NCBI GenBank assembly: GCA_036867785.1
Contig: CP145420.1
Coordinates: 434,001 to 498,000, forward strand
DNA length: 64,000 nucleotides
DNA from: Plasmodiophora brassicae
Taxonomy: Eukaryota
Direction: 5' to 3'
The translations under genes were made by a program, and so were the position numbers. The first letter of the stretch is position 1, and each line of letters begins with the position of its first letter. Below, in pieces: positions 40,606 through 53,391 of this stretch. Below the pieces are notes generated by a model, which saw nothing but the letters and a program-made list of their open reading frames with translations, was not told the origin of the DNA and made no database searches.

Positions 40606-42167
40606 ATGTTATCCAGGTGCGGCGATGTGTCTCTATCGCGACATGTCAGCACATCAGCTCTGCAACGACATCTGCGGAAGCTTCCTTTCCAGGTTGTACT
40701 GTCTGTACTGCTCCTTTGCGATTGCGTTTCGTTCTGCGTCATGTTCTGGCGCGTGACCCACACGTGGCAGCAAGGTAGGGGGTTCGAGCGGACGCTCGAT
40801 ATGGGTGAAGCAACCTGATCAGTGATAACTAGTTCGCGACTACACGATCGTCGCTGTCGTTCCCGTTGCAATTGGGGCGCTGTTTCTTATCGCGAATGCA
40901 GCAATGTTCGTCACTAACGCTGCCGGTGCCATGCGGCATCGCATCTGGGTTGCCGTCCACACGTTCCTGATCTGCATGTCGATCGTTTCAACGACGATCC
41001 TGTTCGTCACGCCAACCCGGGATGCTGCTGTGGTCGTCCTAGGCCTGCATGCCGGTCGAATCGCGGCCCGCTTACGCCTGCAGGTCTGGGCGTTCTACGA
41101 GATCTGGCGAAGGCAGCGGCACAACGTTCCGCCCGAACAACGTAACGCGGCTGGACGCCTCGGCATGTCGTACATTACGAATCGGTGTGGAACCAAGGGG
41201 TCCCCAGTCGTGGCGATGCTGATTCATCCGTTGCAGCGTGATTGTCATGCCCTGGCCCGTCGGGCCGGAACTCGATGGCATCGTTCCCGCTCGGATTGGC
41301 GATATTCAGGTCCGATTCCATTGGTGGGCGCTCCTGGGGCAAATGATGACGCTGTTGTTGTGTAGGCGTACCTCGACGCGAACCACGCCAACGCGTACGT
41401 CGTTGTCAATGGGTGCAGGAACAGGTCGTTCGCCAAAGGCGCATTCCACGACCGTGTCTGGACGCAATTCGGGATCGGTGTCGACGACGTGCCGCCCCTC
41501 GCTGATATCATGGCGTTCTGCCACGCCATGAGCGCGTGGATCAACGGTTCCCCCGACAACGTCGCTGCAATAGCCAGGTAGAGAAGCCATCGACAGGATC
41601 GATCAGGCGGCAGTTGATTTATATCGGTTGTGCAGCGTCGGGCACGGTCGAGCAGGCCTGCTGGTGTCCTGCTGGCTGGTGTTCAAGAACAGGGGGCAAA
41701 CCGCCGCCAATGCACTTCGCGTGTTCTGCTCCAAGCGCGGTATCGCCGCGCTGGACACGCCGTCTCAGTCCAGGTACGTGTCCTACTTCGCCGACCTGCT
41801 CCAAGGCAACCGGAACGCTGCAACGGTTCCAGTTGCATTGCATTCGGTCGAGATCAGGAACGCGCCCGATCTGCCCGGGAACATGTCGGCCGCGATTACC
41901 TCAGGAACGGGCACGACGCGATGGACGCAGTGCACCGACCGCGGCGACACCCTGTGCATCCACGACGCCGAGCCACTGGCCATCGACGACGACTTCCGCG
42001 TAACCGTCTTGGCCGGCGACATCCCCGTCTGCTCTGCCGCCCTTCACACCGCGTTCCTCGACGGCCGCAACGAGCAGGTCCTCCTCGGGCCCGACCTCGA
42101 CTACCCGTTCAGCGACCACCTGGAGGTTCGCATCCGATACCAAATACGGTCGACTTCCGCATCATAA
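40606..42167 (+). CDS. Voltage-sensor-like domain + PTEN-like phosphatase + C2 domain (VSP/TPTE-like)
   Basis: Four hydrophobic helices, then MSYITNR|VIVMPWP, DDVPPL, SVGHGRAG, TPSQSRYVSYF (PTEN motifs) and a C2-like tail ending LHTAFL. Confidence 0.8.
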
Positions 42168-42344
42168 AACGGGCCGAGTGTGTGTGTGTGTGCCGCGTTG
42201 TGTGTGTGGGCGGGCCGATAGGACGGGGCGGGGTCGTGTTCATTCCCAGAACGGCGATCGACTCCGTGGGGACCCGACCTCCTCGATTAGGTTTGGGGCA
42301 GAGGGCCAGGGGGATCATCCGTCCGGGTACCCGACACAGGGGCC

Positions 42345-42734
42345 ATGTCGATAGTGGACATGTTCGCGGACGACGCCAAGAAGCGGCGGCCGCGACGCGC
42401 GCCGGCCAAGCGCTCGGCGGCGTCGTCGGTCGCGACCGACATCCCGGTGGTCGCCGTCGACTTCACCAAAGTCGGCGCACGGTCGCTGCGACGGTACGCG
42501 CGCCACTTCAACCTGGCGACGCGGTCGTCGCCGCCGACCAAGATCGAGCTCGTCAACGCCGCCACCAGGCACTTCGCCACCGGCCCGCAGGTCAGCGACC
42601 CCGACGCGGTCGTCGCCGCGTTCCTCCACAGACTACGCGAAGACCTCGCCGACAACCCCCCGCCCAAGCGCAACTCTCCCGCCGCTCGGTCGTCGCCTCC
42701 GCCGCCCCCGGCACCGCCCGCACCCGTCCACTAA
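42345..42734 (+). CDS. SAP30-like Sin3-binding protein
   Basis: VDFTKVGARSLRRYARHFNL...TKIELVNAATRHF...VVAAFL matches the SAP30 Sin3-binding domain. Confidence 0.8.
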   Translation: MSIVDMFADDAKKRRPRRAPAKRSAASSVATDIPVVAVDFTKVGARSLRRYARHFNLATRSSPPTKIELVNAATRHFATGPQVSDPDAVVAAFLHRLREDLADNPPPKRNSPAARSSPPPPPAPPAPVH

Positions 42735-42907
42735 ACGCCCGCCCCTGATTTCAGTTCATCATGCGCGCACATGGCGCCCTGCAGGAACTCGGTGTGACTC
42801 GCCCGTTTCCCCTTGAGGTCATTGTCAAGGCGTGGCTGTCGTCGAGGGCCGATTGCCGATTAACGTTGTTGTATGGCGCGATATCCGCCTACGTCCGCTC
42901 GTGGCGT

Positions 42908-44862
42908 CTATTGGCCCAGCTGGCCGTTGGCGCCGCGGTTGCCGAACGTGAACAGCTGGCCGGCGCTGGTGCAGAGCGCCGAGTGGGCGACGCCGCCGGC
43001 GGCGCGGGCGACCTGGGAGATGGGGCCGACGGGCGTCGGGACGTCCTTCATCTGGATGTCGCCCTGGCCGAGGACGCCATAGGAACCGCGACCCCAGGTG
43101 AGGAGACGACCCGACGCCGTCACCGCCATCGAGTACTGCTTCCCGCAGGCCACGTGCGACACGGGTTCACCTGCAGCGACCGTCGCTCGGTGAATCTCGG
43201 CACGGGGCGTCGTTCCGGGCAATGCGGAACTCACCGATGGCGACGGGGACGGGGACGGAGACGCTGGCGCCGGCATTGCCCAGCTGATGGTAGTCGTTCC
43301 GCCCGCAGCTGTACACGTCGCCCTTCGCGTTCAGGCACAGCATGTGGTACTCGCCCAGCGCAACGCTCTTGACAGCGGCGCCGCCGAACGATGCCGCCAC
43401 CATCTTGGGCCTCCATAAGTTCTCCTCATCGCCATGCGCGAGGACGCCATACGTTCCGCACCCCCACGTGTACAGGGCGCCGTCCTCTGTGGGCACGCCC
43501 GCGTCAATGTCACGCGCGCATCGTCAATCAGGACGATATCGCACCGACCGGTGATGGCGGCTGATGAGACCCATCCGGCGGAGACCTGCACCACCTTCCT
43601 GGCCGCCAGGTCGGTGATCTCCAGCGGCTTCTCCGACGTCAGGTGCTTGGTCATGTCGACGCCCAGGCGCCCGAACTTGTTCCACCCGAACGAGAACACG
43701 CGCCGTGATCGCGTCAGGACGAGCGTGTGGTAGGCACCGCAGGACACCGCCGAGACGGGCTCGCCCAGATCCAGCAACGTCGGGTCGTACCTGTCCTCGC
43801 AGTCGCCCAAACCGAGCCTACATGGCCGTCCGGTCACCAGGCTGAGATCAGCAATCGGTTCCGAGCATTGCTACCTTCCCCACTGCCCTTCTCCCCAGAG
43901 GTACAACTTGCCATCGTCGGTAACGGCCGCGTTGTGGTTGACGCCAACGGAGATGGCCGCGACGCGTGCCCCACCGAACCCGGTAATACGTTTCGGCTCG
44001 CCGCCTGTGGTCGCCTCGCGACCTTGCCCGAGTCGGCCGTTGTCGCTGCTGCCAAAGCTGTAGACGTTGCCTTGGTCATCGAGCGCGATCGTGCACGACC
44101 ATCCGACGCCGACGCTGGTGATACGCGACTTCGACAAGGGTTCCACGACGCCGGGCACGATAACGTATGCTTCGTTGGCGGCCGCCGCTATCTCGGTATG
44201 CGACAGGTCTTTCAGGATGTTCGCCTCAATGAGACTCTCGCGCTTCGGGCGTCCAGCGAACAGCCTCTCGAGCTTGGCGCGTTCGTCCAACGGCGCTGGT
44301 TGCGCCTGCTCGGGATCGACCAGGATACGACGGTCACGAAGGCTGCCGTGCTCGGGACGACTCGTCAGGAACGACTCGAGTTTGTCCTGAACATGTTCAG
44401 TGTGCGACGCGCTGGCGTCGTGACGCCTAACGGTTACCTTGTCCTGCGCCTTCTTCAGTTTGTCACGCGCAGCAATCAGGGCGGGCGACACATCGTCCTC
44501 CTTAATGACGTTGAGACGCTGAAGACGATCACGTGATGGACGGTTCTTCAGCAGCCCATGCAGGCTGTCACCACGATCCTGGATCGACACCCACGACTCA
44601 TTCGGGTCTACATGCAGCACCGATCGGATCAGCCGGGCAACCAAACGGACGACCCCACATGCGCTAGAAGACCTCGCAGGATCGACTTGCTGACGAGCTG
44701 GTCGCGTTCGGATCGCGCCTCCAGCTGTTGGTTGAGTTCTAGGCAGCACGCGTGCACTGTCAGCGACAACAGTTGCTGGCGTTCGCCTGCAGGGATCTTA
44801 CTCAGAGCCAGGCTGGCATCGATCTTGCCAACGGAGGCTGCGTTGTCGGCAACACCTGGCAT
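42908..44862 (-). CDS. RPEL-repeat plus RCC1-repeat protein
   Basis: Four RPEL-like motifs (RSERDQLVSKSIL, RPSRDRLQRLNVI, RPEHGSLRDRRIL, RPKRESLIEANIL). About seven RCC1 blades follow (VYSFGSSDNGRLG, LYLWGEGQWGR, LYTWGCGTYGVLA, etc.). Confidence 0.85.
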
Positions 44863-45760
44863 TGCCTCACGTGCTGGATGGCCGCAAGTCGCTTTGACAA
44901 ACGCAGGCGAACCACGAGTCACGGTCGACGGCACGCGCCCGTACCAGCAGGGAGAGACGACTCTTGGGATCTAAATCCGTTCAAAACTAAATCCGGCGCC
45001 CGAATTTCCAGAATTCGGCACGTCCCATTGGGCCAGTTTCGCTCCAGAAGACGTGCGTGCAACGCAGGCCCCTCGGTTCAGTGCCGGTCTGCATTCAGTC
45101 AGTCACCAAATTCATAGTCCCAGGTGGCCCAGACCGCGCGCATGCAGGCCGCTGACATCACTACCGTACCTAGAAGTGAAGTGGGAGGGCAAAGCGGCCC
45201 ACTGGACGCTGCGGTTGCACTTGGGTGCAATACCGCTGACTGCGACTGTATATCGGAGACCAACGCGATCTAGCTGGGACCCAGACTCTAACCGGTACAT
45301 ACGTACTAAGTGCGATATCTGGAAAATGCAGGAGACCACCCCCACCCCGACGATGACGAATACAGTGCGGCAGCACTAGCCGGCTGGCCTTGCGCAGTAC
45401 GAAGGGCTAAACGATGCAAACACCGCTGTGGAGCGTTGGCTCCGCTGCGCCGGCCATCAACGTGCGCGAGATGTAATTCCGGTCAACGCTTGACGAGTCT
45501 GACACAGGAATGCCCTGCGTTAAACTGAGCGTGCTGCACTGGCCACCGTGGTTCCTCTCGAGTTTAGCTATTAGCACAGTTATATTGTAAGGCCGATCCT
45601 GAAGCCTATACGTGCAGGCGTCGTGACATATAGGGTTATGTCCAGTGCCGGGGCCGTGACGGCCAGTGGGGCTGCAGTGACATGCGGCGGAGTTTTTGGC
45701 CCCGTCGACGTGAGAAACTGCGCGCCGGGGCGCGATAGACGGGACTGCCTGCCGAGCGCT

Positions 45761-47504
45761 ATGAGCGACAGCGACGTCGTGGCAGCGCCGCCGCCGACCG
45801 AACAGCAACCGGCCGGCGCCGCCGAGCGCCAACCCGATGCCGATAACCGGGACTCCTCGACGCCTGTGCAGACAGGTGCCGTCGCCGAAGACGACCACGG
45901 TATGCCGACGGAGCAAGAGGCGGAGGCGACCAGCGCCGATGCTGTCGCGGCGCAGGCGGTTTCGTCCGCTGACGTGGCGGTCGGTGATGGGCATATATCT
46001 GCTGCGGAGAAACGTCCTCGGGAAGCGTCTCCACCTGCGACCATCCCAGTGTCCAAGAAGCCCGTGCACGAGCGTGAATCCGTCGCCGCGACGCAAACGT
46101 CTCCGGAACGTCCTTCAACGGAGCCCAAACTCGTACTTGACCGGGGCAGCAACTTGATCATCAACTTCGTGCCGCGGTCGCTGAACGACTCGCTGCTGCG
46201 CGATCTGTTCAGCCCGTTCGGCGAGATCGAGAGCGCCAGGACGATCGTCGATCGGAATACGGGGCAGTGCCAAGGATATGGCTTCGTGAAGTTCTTCACG
46301 AACGAATCCGCGGCCAAGGCCGTCCTGCATTTCCAAAAGGCGGCCGCTGACGAAAGAGAGCTGAAGGTGCACTTTGCGCGTCCGGCCACGACCCATAAGC
46401 AGTGCAACTTGTACGTGACCGGCCTGCCGATTCACTTCACCGACGATGATGCCGCCAACGTTTTCAAGGACTACGGTCCCGTTGTAGAAACCAAGATCCT
46501 AATTGGTACGGATTCGCATTGCTCTCGCTCCTCGGAAACCTATCCTGACCTGCTGGTGGGTGGCTCGCGTAGGCAAAGACGGTGTTAGCCGAGGGTGTGG
46601 GTTTGTTCGCCTCAGCGACATTGCCAAGACGAACGCGGCTGTGGCTGCGTTGCACGATTCGGTGCCACCTGGGTGTACCAGCCGCATACAGGTCCAGTTC
46701 GCGGCTGGGACGAAACGGGAAGCGCAAATGCTGCAACAGCAACGACAGGCGCGTGTCGCGCTTCCGTTTGGCGCCCCTCCTGCTGGGGTTGCATACCCGC
46801 CAGCGTACGCGGCGCCGTACGCTGCCCCACCAGTGGCCTATGCTGGGGCGTATGGTGGCGTTGATCCTTATGCCGCTTATGCCAGAGGGGCATACTCTTC
46901 ACCAGCGCCAGCCACACCTTACGCGTATCCGGATCCTTACGCTGCGGCTGCTGCTGGAGCGTACGCCCCAGTTCGTGGAGGTCGTGACGTGGTTGCCCCC
47001 TATGTTCCTCCTGTAGCGCCGCCTGGGGTACCACCGTCGGCTCCTGTTCCACAGATGAACACGCGGCATCAGGTTTACACAGGTGTATGCTTGTTCGTCT
47101 TCAACCTTCCGATGGAGTACGAGGAAGCGACGCTTCAGAACATGTTCGTGCAGTTTGGGGAGGTCACGAACGTGAAGATCATGAGGGATCCCGCCACTGG
47201 ACGCAGCAAAGGGTACGGTTTCGTGAACCTTGCCACTCAGCAACAAGCGGATGCGGCCATTGCCGCACTGAACGGGTATCCCGTTGGTGGTAAATTGCTG
47301 AAGGTCCAGTACAAGACCGCCGGTCCATCGGCTGGCAAGGCGCCTGGAGCCGCCCAGCAGCCGTACGCGACTCCATACGCCCCACCAGTGGCCTACGGCC
47401 AACCACAGGTGTACGGTCAGGTTCCACAGCCCTACGTTCATGTACAGCCACAGTATGGGCAGCAGCCGCAACCGCGACACCCTTCCTACCCGCACATGTA
47501 CTAA
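45761..47504 (+). CDS. ELAV/Sxl-like RNA-binding protein with three RRMs (intron about 46506-46572)
   Basis: NLIINFVP...QGYGFVKF, NLYVTGLP...RGCGFVR and CLFVFNLP...KGYGFVN, with Y/P/A-rich low-complexity linker and tail. Confidence 0.92.
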
Positions 47505-48310
47505 GGTTGCTGTTGTTGTGTACGATTGTTTGCCTGCGGTCCAACATACATTTACCCGATGTCGATTATTCAACTCGTTTGCAATGATTTGCCACTTCCT
47601 ATCTTTGTTTGACATATTCACGATCCCATTCGGTTGGAAGCCGCACGTCGATGTCCAGCAATCCGTTGCAGAGTTCACCTGTGTTCAGGTTGCGGTTGCG
47701 GTGACGCGTATTATCTCGTCCCCCTTTCGTTGCAGCAATGGGGCGGATTTGTTGGACGTTATATGACCTTGAGGATTTCATGTCGATGCGCTGAACGTCC
47801 AGGCAACGGAAGCATCCTGTAGCAGTATCGTGCCCATTGCGTATCGGTACAGCAAAGATTGGGATCATGTTGGGAACGTTGTGATAACGCTGTGCTCATA
47901 CGCCCTTGTGCAGTGCCGAACAGGTCGCGACAGAGACGTGCCTCGCCTGCACCCATCCGTGCTGGCTCGATGGCAACCAGACCGACCGCGCCGCCCCGAC
48001 TCGCGAACTCTGCTGACAGTATCATCGACACATGATTGTGATGTCACGAACTGATCGTGCTGCGTGATGGTCTGATGGGGCATACCACGAAATTTGATGC
48101 TGGCCAACCAACACGTTGCGCTCGAATCAACCGACATCCGCCCATGGCGTGCCCCATCAGATCATCGTTCCGCGCGGTCAGTTACATCAGGTCACTGGCC
48201 GTCTGATACCGCCAGGCGAAGCAGCAGCGCGTCAAGGTGGCTCGTTTGCTGTGGAGCTGGCGATGGAGCGACGTCCCGGTGACGTCGGCTGGCGTTAGAT
48301 CATGCATATA

Positions 48311-51300
48311 TTATCCAGTGATCAACACCCTGCCGTCAAGCTTCCCAGCAGCAAAGACTCCTGAATCGTTCAGGATGCCGATCGCGGTAATCGGAGCTCT
48401 TGTCTTCGCCCCTTGCAGACCGACTCGTACCATGTCGACCTCTTCGCTGTCTTGCCCATCTGCGATTCTAGCGATCCCGATCTTGGCGCCCGATGCGCAC
48501 ACAATGTCGCTCCCATGGCACACTATGGAGGACACAGGCGCGCTGGACCGGATTCTCTGCACAAGCCGTGGTGTCGACGTTGCCGAGTCGTCGCCGAACT
48601 GGTTGCACACCGATGAGCTACAGCCCGATGCGATAGCGTGTCATGCGTGTTACCTTCCAGACACAAACGCTGCCATTAGCACCAGACGTAAGCAGCAAGT
48701 CGTCGCGAAAGAACAGCAGTTCGACAATGGAGCCATCGTGAGCCTTCCAGGAGAGCAGGATTATGCCGGTCCGGCTGTCGAGAACGAAGACGGAACCGTT
48801 GGCGAGGCCGCATGCAATTTTCAGTCCAGACCTATCCGTTACGATCCGTCGCACCGATGTGGTGTCTGGACTGGACCTACATAGGGAGCCACTTTAGAGG
48901 TCCTGCCTAACCGGGTTCCCTCGTTCGTATTGCAAAACCTGTTGGATGCATCGAGAAGTCGCCACTGCAGAGCACGGCGGCCGACACGAAGGTCAAGAAT
49001 GTGGACCGACGCTTGCGATGTCCCACTGATCAAACAGTTTCGCGACGACACGGTTTGGGTGTGGCTGGCCAGTGATGTTATAGCAAGATCCGGTTCAAAG
49101 GCTATTGCTCTTGCGCAAACGCCTGTGGATGCATCCCACAACTTCACAGTTCGTTCGGTTGCTGTGGCGACTCTCGCCGCAGCGTCTGCCCAGCACATGT
49201 CGATCAGAGCAGGTTCCTCGTGGCCACCGGCGCAGATTTGACGGGCAGACTTCAGAGACCGGTTCGGGGTCACTCTCCACAATTGCGCTTGGTCATGGGA
49301 CATGGTAGCAAAGATGCCCAGGTTTGGATGAACGGCTAGGTGAGTAACTGCGGACGAGTGGACGGTGCTGTTGCAATCACGAACCGAGGGCTTCAATGTC
49401 CAGGTGCCATCTTTGTCGTAGAACTCCCATGTAGCCCGAAAGATCACATCGGGTTCGCCTGCCGACCCAACATGCGCTGGAGGTTCAGGGCAAGGTCCTG
49501 GTGTATCGTGCATGGCGACAGTGTTGCTGCCCGAGCTAATGCGGTCATGAAGGGGCTCGACAAGATCGGCAGGAAGAAGCTGAGCCATCGCAGCTGGCCC
49601 AGTGATTTTGGTCAGCAGATTGCAAGCCCGGACGAAGAATTCGGGGTCATGGTTGCCGTTGAGACAAATTCGAATCATGTCCACGATGCAGCTGGCGACT
49701 TTTCCTGAGACGTCCGCACGTGAAACGAATAGCACGCTCTGAGAAACTAGTCATTCCCCATTTGAATTAAAGCTGTAAAGCATTGTTCCAACCGATTCTG
49801 TAATGGCAAGCAAGCTGGTGGCGTTTTCGGGATCACAAACGACATCTGGCCGCCCGAGCAGATGGAGGAGAAGTGGCACATCGTCATTTGCGGTTGGAGT
49901 CAGCAACAGCGAACCCGCCGTTTCCGGCTTCAACTTGGGTAGCAGCGCTTGGAGGATATGGAGGCCTGTCCCGGATTGTGTCAGACTGCGACATGTGTAT
50001 ACTGAAGACGTACCAGCCCCAGCAAGGTTCCGTGAAAGTAAAAGGCGGCGAACGATTGGTGTAACAAGCTCTGGCCCACGGTTGGACAGCGATGCCGTTG
50101 CGGCAAGAGCCCGCAACGCGTTTGGGGACGGCAGCCGGGATGCCAGCGGAAGCAGCACTCCTCGGTAGGCAGTATCCATATCAACGACGTCGATGACCGA
50201 CACGAACATTGCCAAATTGGTGCCAGGCTGTTCTGCATGACAGCAGAGATACGGCAGGTATCGCTGCACCAACCATGTACTGCCCTACGTCAGAGCAAGA
50301 CGTGCTAGCGGTTCTCAGCCCACGTTACCGGCCAATGGTATGCGACATCGTCTGTACAAACGATGGCGAGAGCAAATCTGGCGGCGGTGATCTGGATCTG
50401 AGTAGGCCATCGACGTAAAGTTGAACTGTAGACGCGGAAAGCCCTGGACCCAGCCGGGTTGCGAGAAGTTCAAGTAGGCGGGCGGTTGGGGGAATTGATA
50501 AACATGCAGGGACTAACACGACAGCAGTCAGATGTTGTTTAGCACTGCCGCCTTATAGGAGCAAAGTACCAAGTAGCAGGTAAAGCGAAAGGTCGAGGCG
50601 CATGAGGGCAGGCGTCTGAAGCAACGAAATCGCGCAATCGCATGGGGACTTAGATAGGCGTATAGCTGACATGAACTCGTGCAACGTGTGCATGCCTGAA
50701 AGGTACCAGAAGAATTCAGTCTAGCGACCTGCCGAAGAGGCTGGCGGGGCCCATACCTGGAGGGAAGATCTGTGAGGACAGGATGTCGCTGGAGCTGGGC
50801 GGCGACGGTGACAGGAGCGCATGTACAAGGATCTGCATCGGCCGTGATACGCGATCCAATACGATACGGTCATCACAGTGTACAGTATGACGAGAGTGTG
50901 TCATTATTTGGTAGATGCACTTTCCCAGTGCGAACAGGTCTGCCTCAAGCGGGCAGTCGTTCCTGGCGACACACACGTAAGAAAAGCGAGTCTTCTAGGC
51001 CATAGCGGTAGATGTTGACACCGATTAGATTGCCCGACGCACAACGGCGCAAATTGAGACGTGGCAAAGTGCATGACAGCTTCAACTTCATCTGGTCCAC
51101 CCGTAAACCGCTTTGGATGCGGAACGGTAAACAGTTGGCAGAATCCGCCTTTCGGGACGATGGGCACTGGGACGGGATGGTGTCACATGTACAGCTGAAG
51201 ACAGGATGGAGCATAAAGCACTACCGTTCTTGGCATCAACCGCAGGCTTCCCGCTGAGTAGGTAGCCAAAGGTCAGGTCGAGCCATCGATGAATCTGCGC

Positions 51301-53179
51301 TGACACAGAAGGACTCTCCAGAACAGATCGATGCCATTCGACAAACTCCTTTGGGCTAGCGCACCACTCGGGGCATTTCAGATCAGGGAGCCCGAGATCC
51401 TATCATTGGTAATGATTGGTTTACCGTGCGCGTCTCGAAACGCAGGGAAATAGCAATACCTTATGCAACGATTCGAATACCGTTGGGTCAGAGAAGAATT
51501 CTGGTATACACTCATCCGGTGTCCACTGGTACATTTGCGCCATGGTCGAGGGGTATTCATTCGGCTCAAAATTGCATCTGACTTCGGCTGTGAGGCGAGA
51601 AACGGGCACTCTCCTGCAGGATATCTCAGTGACCGCGCGATAGATATATTTGTTATGTTATCGATAACCTCGCAAGGTAGACGCAAAGCGTCAAGTCGGA
51701 GAGCATTTCCGGAACATGATGCGGGCGTTGATCGTTGCCAGACGCACCTTTGTAAGTAAAATCAAGTTGCTCATCACCTATACGGACAGCATGATTGACG
51801 GTTACATATCGAGCATTGGAAACTGCCCTATGGAATACCTTTCTTCAGCCTGAATTTGCTCTACCGTTCAATGTCAGCTCCAAGCAGTCCGAACAGACAG
51901 GCGGGAACGCATTGACCTTAGAAAGGTCTCTGGTTCCTGCCCACCGATCCGAAAAGTCTGAGACCCAGGGAAATACTGGGTGACAATGAGGTCTCCGAAT
52001 GAAACGACCAGCGAGACGGTTGAGCTCGAGGATGTACTCGTAGTTTGACATCCGGCCAGATACCCATTCCAAGCAGAGGTTTCGCGATGAGCCACTGGCC
52101 GTTTCGCCACTGGCCGTTTCGCCACGATCACTACGGCAGCTGTTCAGCGTTGATGTTTCAACAGCGTCCCGCATGCACAATGTACATTGCGATGGGGGCA
52201 GGTGAAGCAATGCATGACAGCTGCATCCAGTTGGAGTCAGGAGAGAATTGGAAGTTGCCCAACGAGACATCGCCATGAGCGATCTGCATGATAAAACGAT
52301 GTCAGTGAACGCCACATTCTGCGTTGCTTTGAGCAAATCCCACCCCGTTCGAGTGAAGAACGCGAACAGCGTGCACAGCCTGAAATACGCGAAAGAGCCG
52401 GACAAACTCGTTATCGCACGCGCCCTGCTCAAGACACAGTGGATCAACAAGCCAAGGCAAGTCTCGATATGACCTACCGTATCAGGTTCTCGTAAATACG
52501 ATTCTAGCGTGTAGGGCGAGGCTCGAAACAAAAGGGCAATGGCCCGTTCACCATCCTCCACGACACTGACGAGATCGGGGACACACGCATGCTTTCGAGC
52601 GAAGATATGTCGTTGGCTGGAAGGCTTCCGGTCGCACGCTCAGACGCACAGCTATTCGTGTTTCTGTGCCACTTATCATACCTCTATCTGGTCCTCGTAC
52701 AGCGCATGAACAATGCCCATGATGGCCTTTCTGAAATCATCAAAGGTGCCAAACGGAGCCCCTATCCGCCCGACCGGACGTGGTTTCCCAGGCTGCCGAT
52801 CAGCAGCTAGTTTCCCATTGATCACTCTCTCGACCGACTAAGCAAGGGGGGCGTTAGCACTCCAGTTGCCCACCATCTCCAATCGAACCGCACGGGAAAC
52901 ATTTCTTCCGAAATCCAGTTGAACGTCGACGAGGTTGGTGTCGTCGCAAACATCCCCACACTAGTCTACATCAGTTTGACCAGAGCGACCCCGCATGGAC
53001 GAACGGCCTACTCGACACCTTTCATCAGCGGCGGGAATCACCCAGACCTGGGCGTCGTCACCGACAGCGAACCCAGGCATGCGCTCGCCGGCCTGTCGGC
53101 GGTCACCGGTTAGGGGGGCGCAGGGACGCGGCGAGCCGACCCACGCGGCAGCATACCTTGACGACGTGGTGATGGGCAT
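48311..53179 (-). CDS. WDR81/GFS12-like BEACH + WD40 protein (start approximate)
   Basis: [40 protein letters not shown]...[23 protein letters not shown]-terminal WD40 repeats end [11 protein letters not shown]-stop. Confidence 0.85.
52091..52125. repeat. 15-bp tandem duplication (GCCACTGGCCGTTTC x2 plus partial)
   Basis: Direct repeat; encodes [11 protein letters not shown] on the minus strand. Confidence 0.85.
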
Positions 53180-53391
53180 CCGCCCGCGTGCACGGCTCGT
53201 CGATGACGACGCAGCAGCCAACCATGACCGCGGAAACGAGGCCCAATGACGAAGAAAATGCGATGCCGATCTTCTGCGCCTGCCTGACGACCACTTCGAC
53301 GGATCGCCGGTCGGTGATGGGTGTCGCACCCGCAAGTGTCGTCAGCGACGCGCACGGCACACACACGCACCCACGTTTTTGGCGGCACACC

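Noticed and set aside
42176-42208. (GT)n tracts here and near 9727-9739 as regulatory or mobile-element ends
   Set aside because: Short ordinary microsatellites with no terminal repeats, target-site duplications or transposase nearby.
41630-42748. 372-aa Arg-rich ORF spanning two genes
   Set aside because: Off-frame reading of the GC3-rich PTEN-like and SAP30-like genes.
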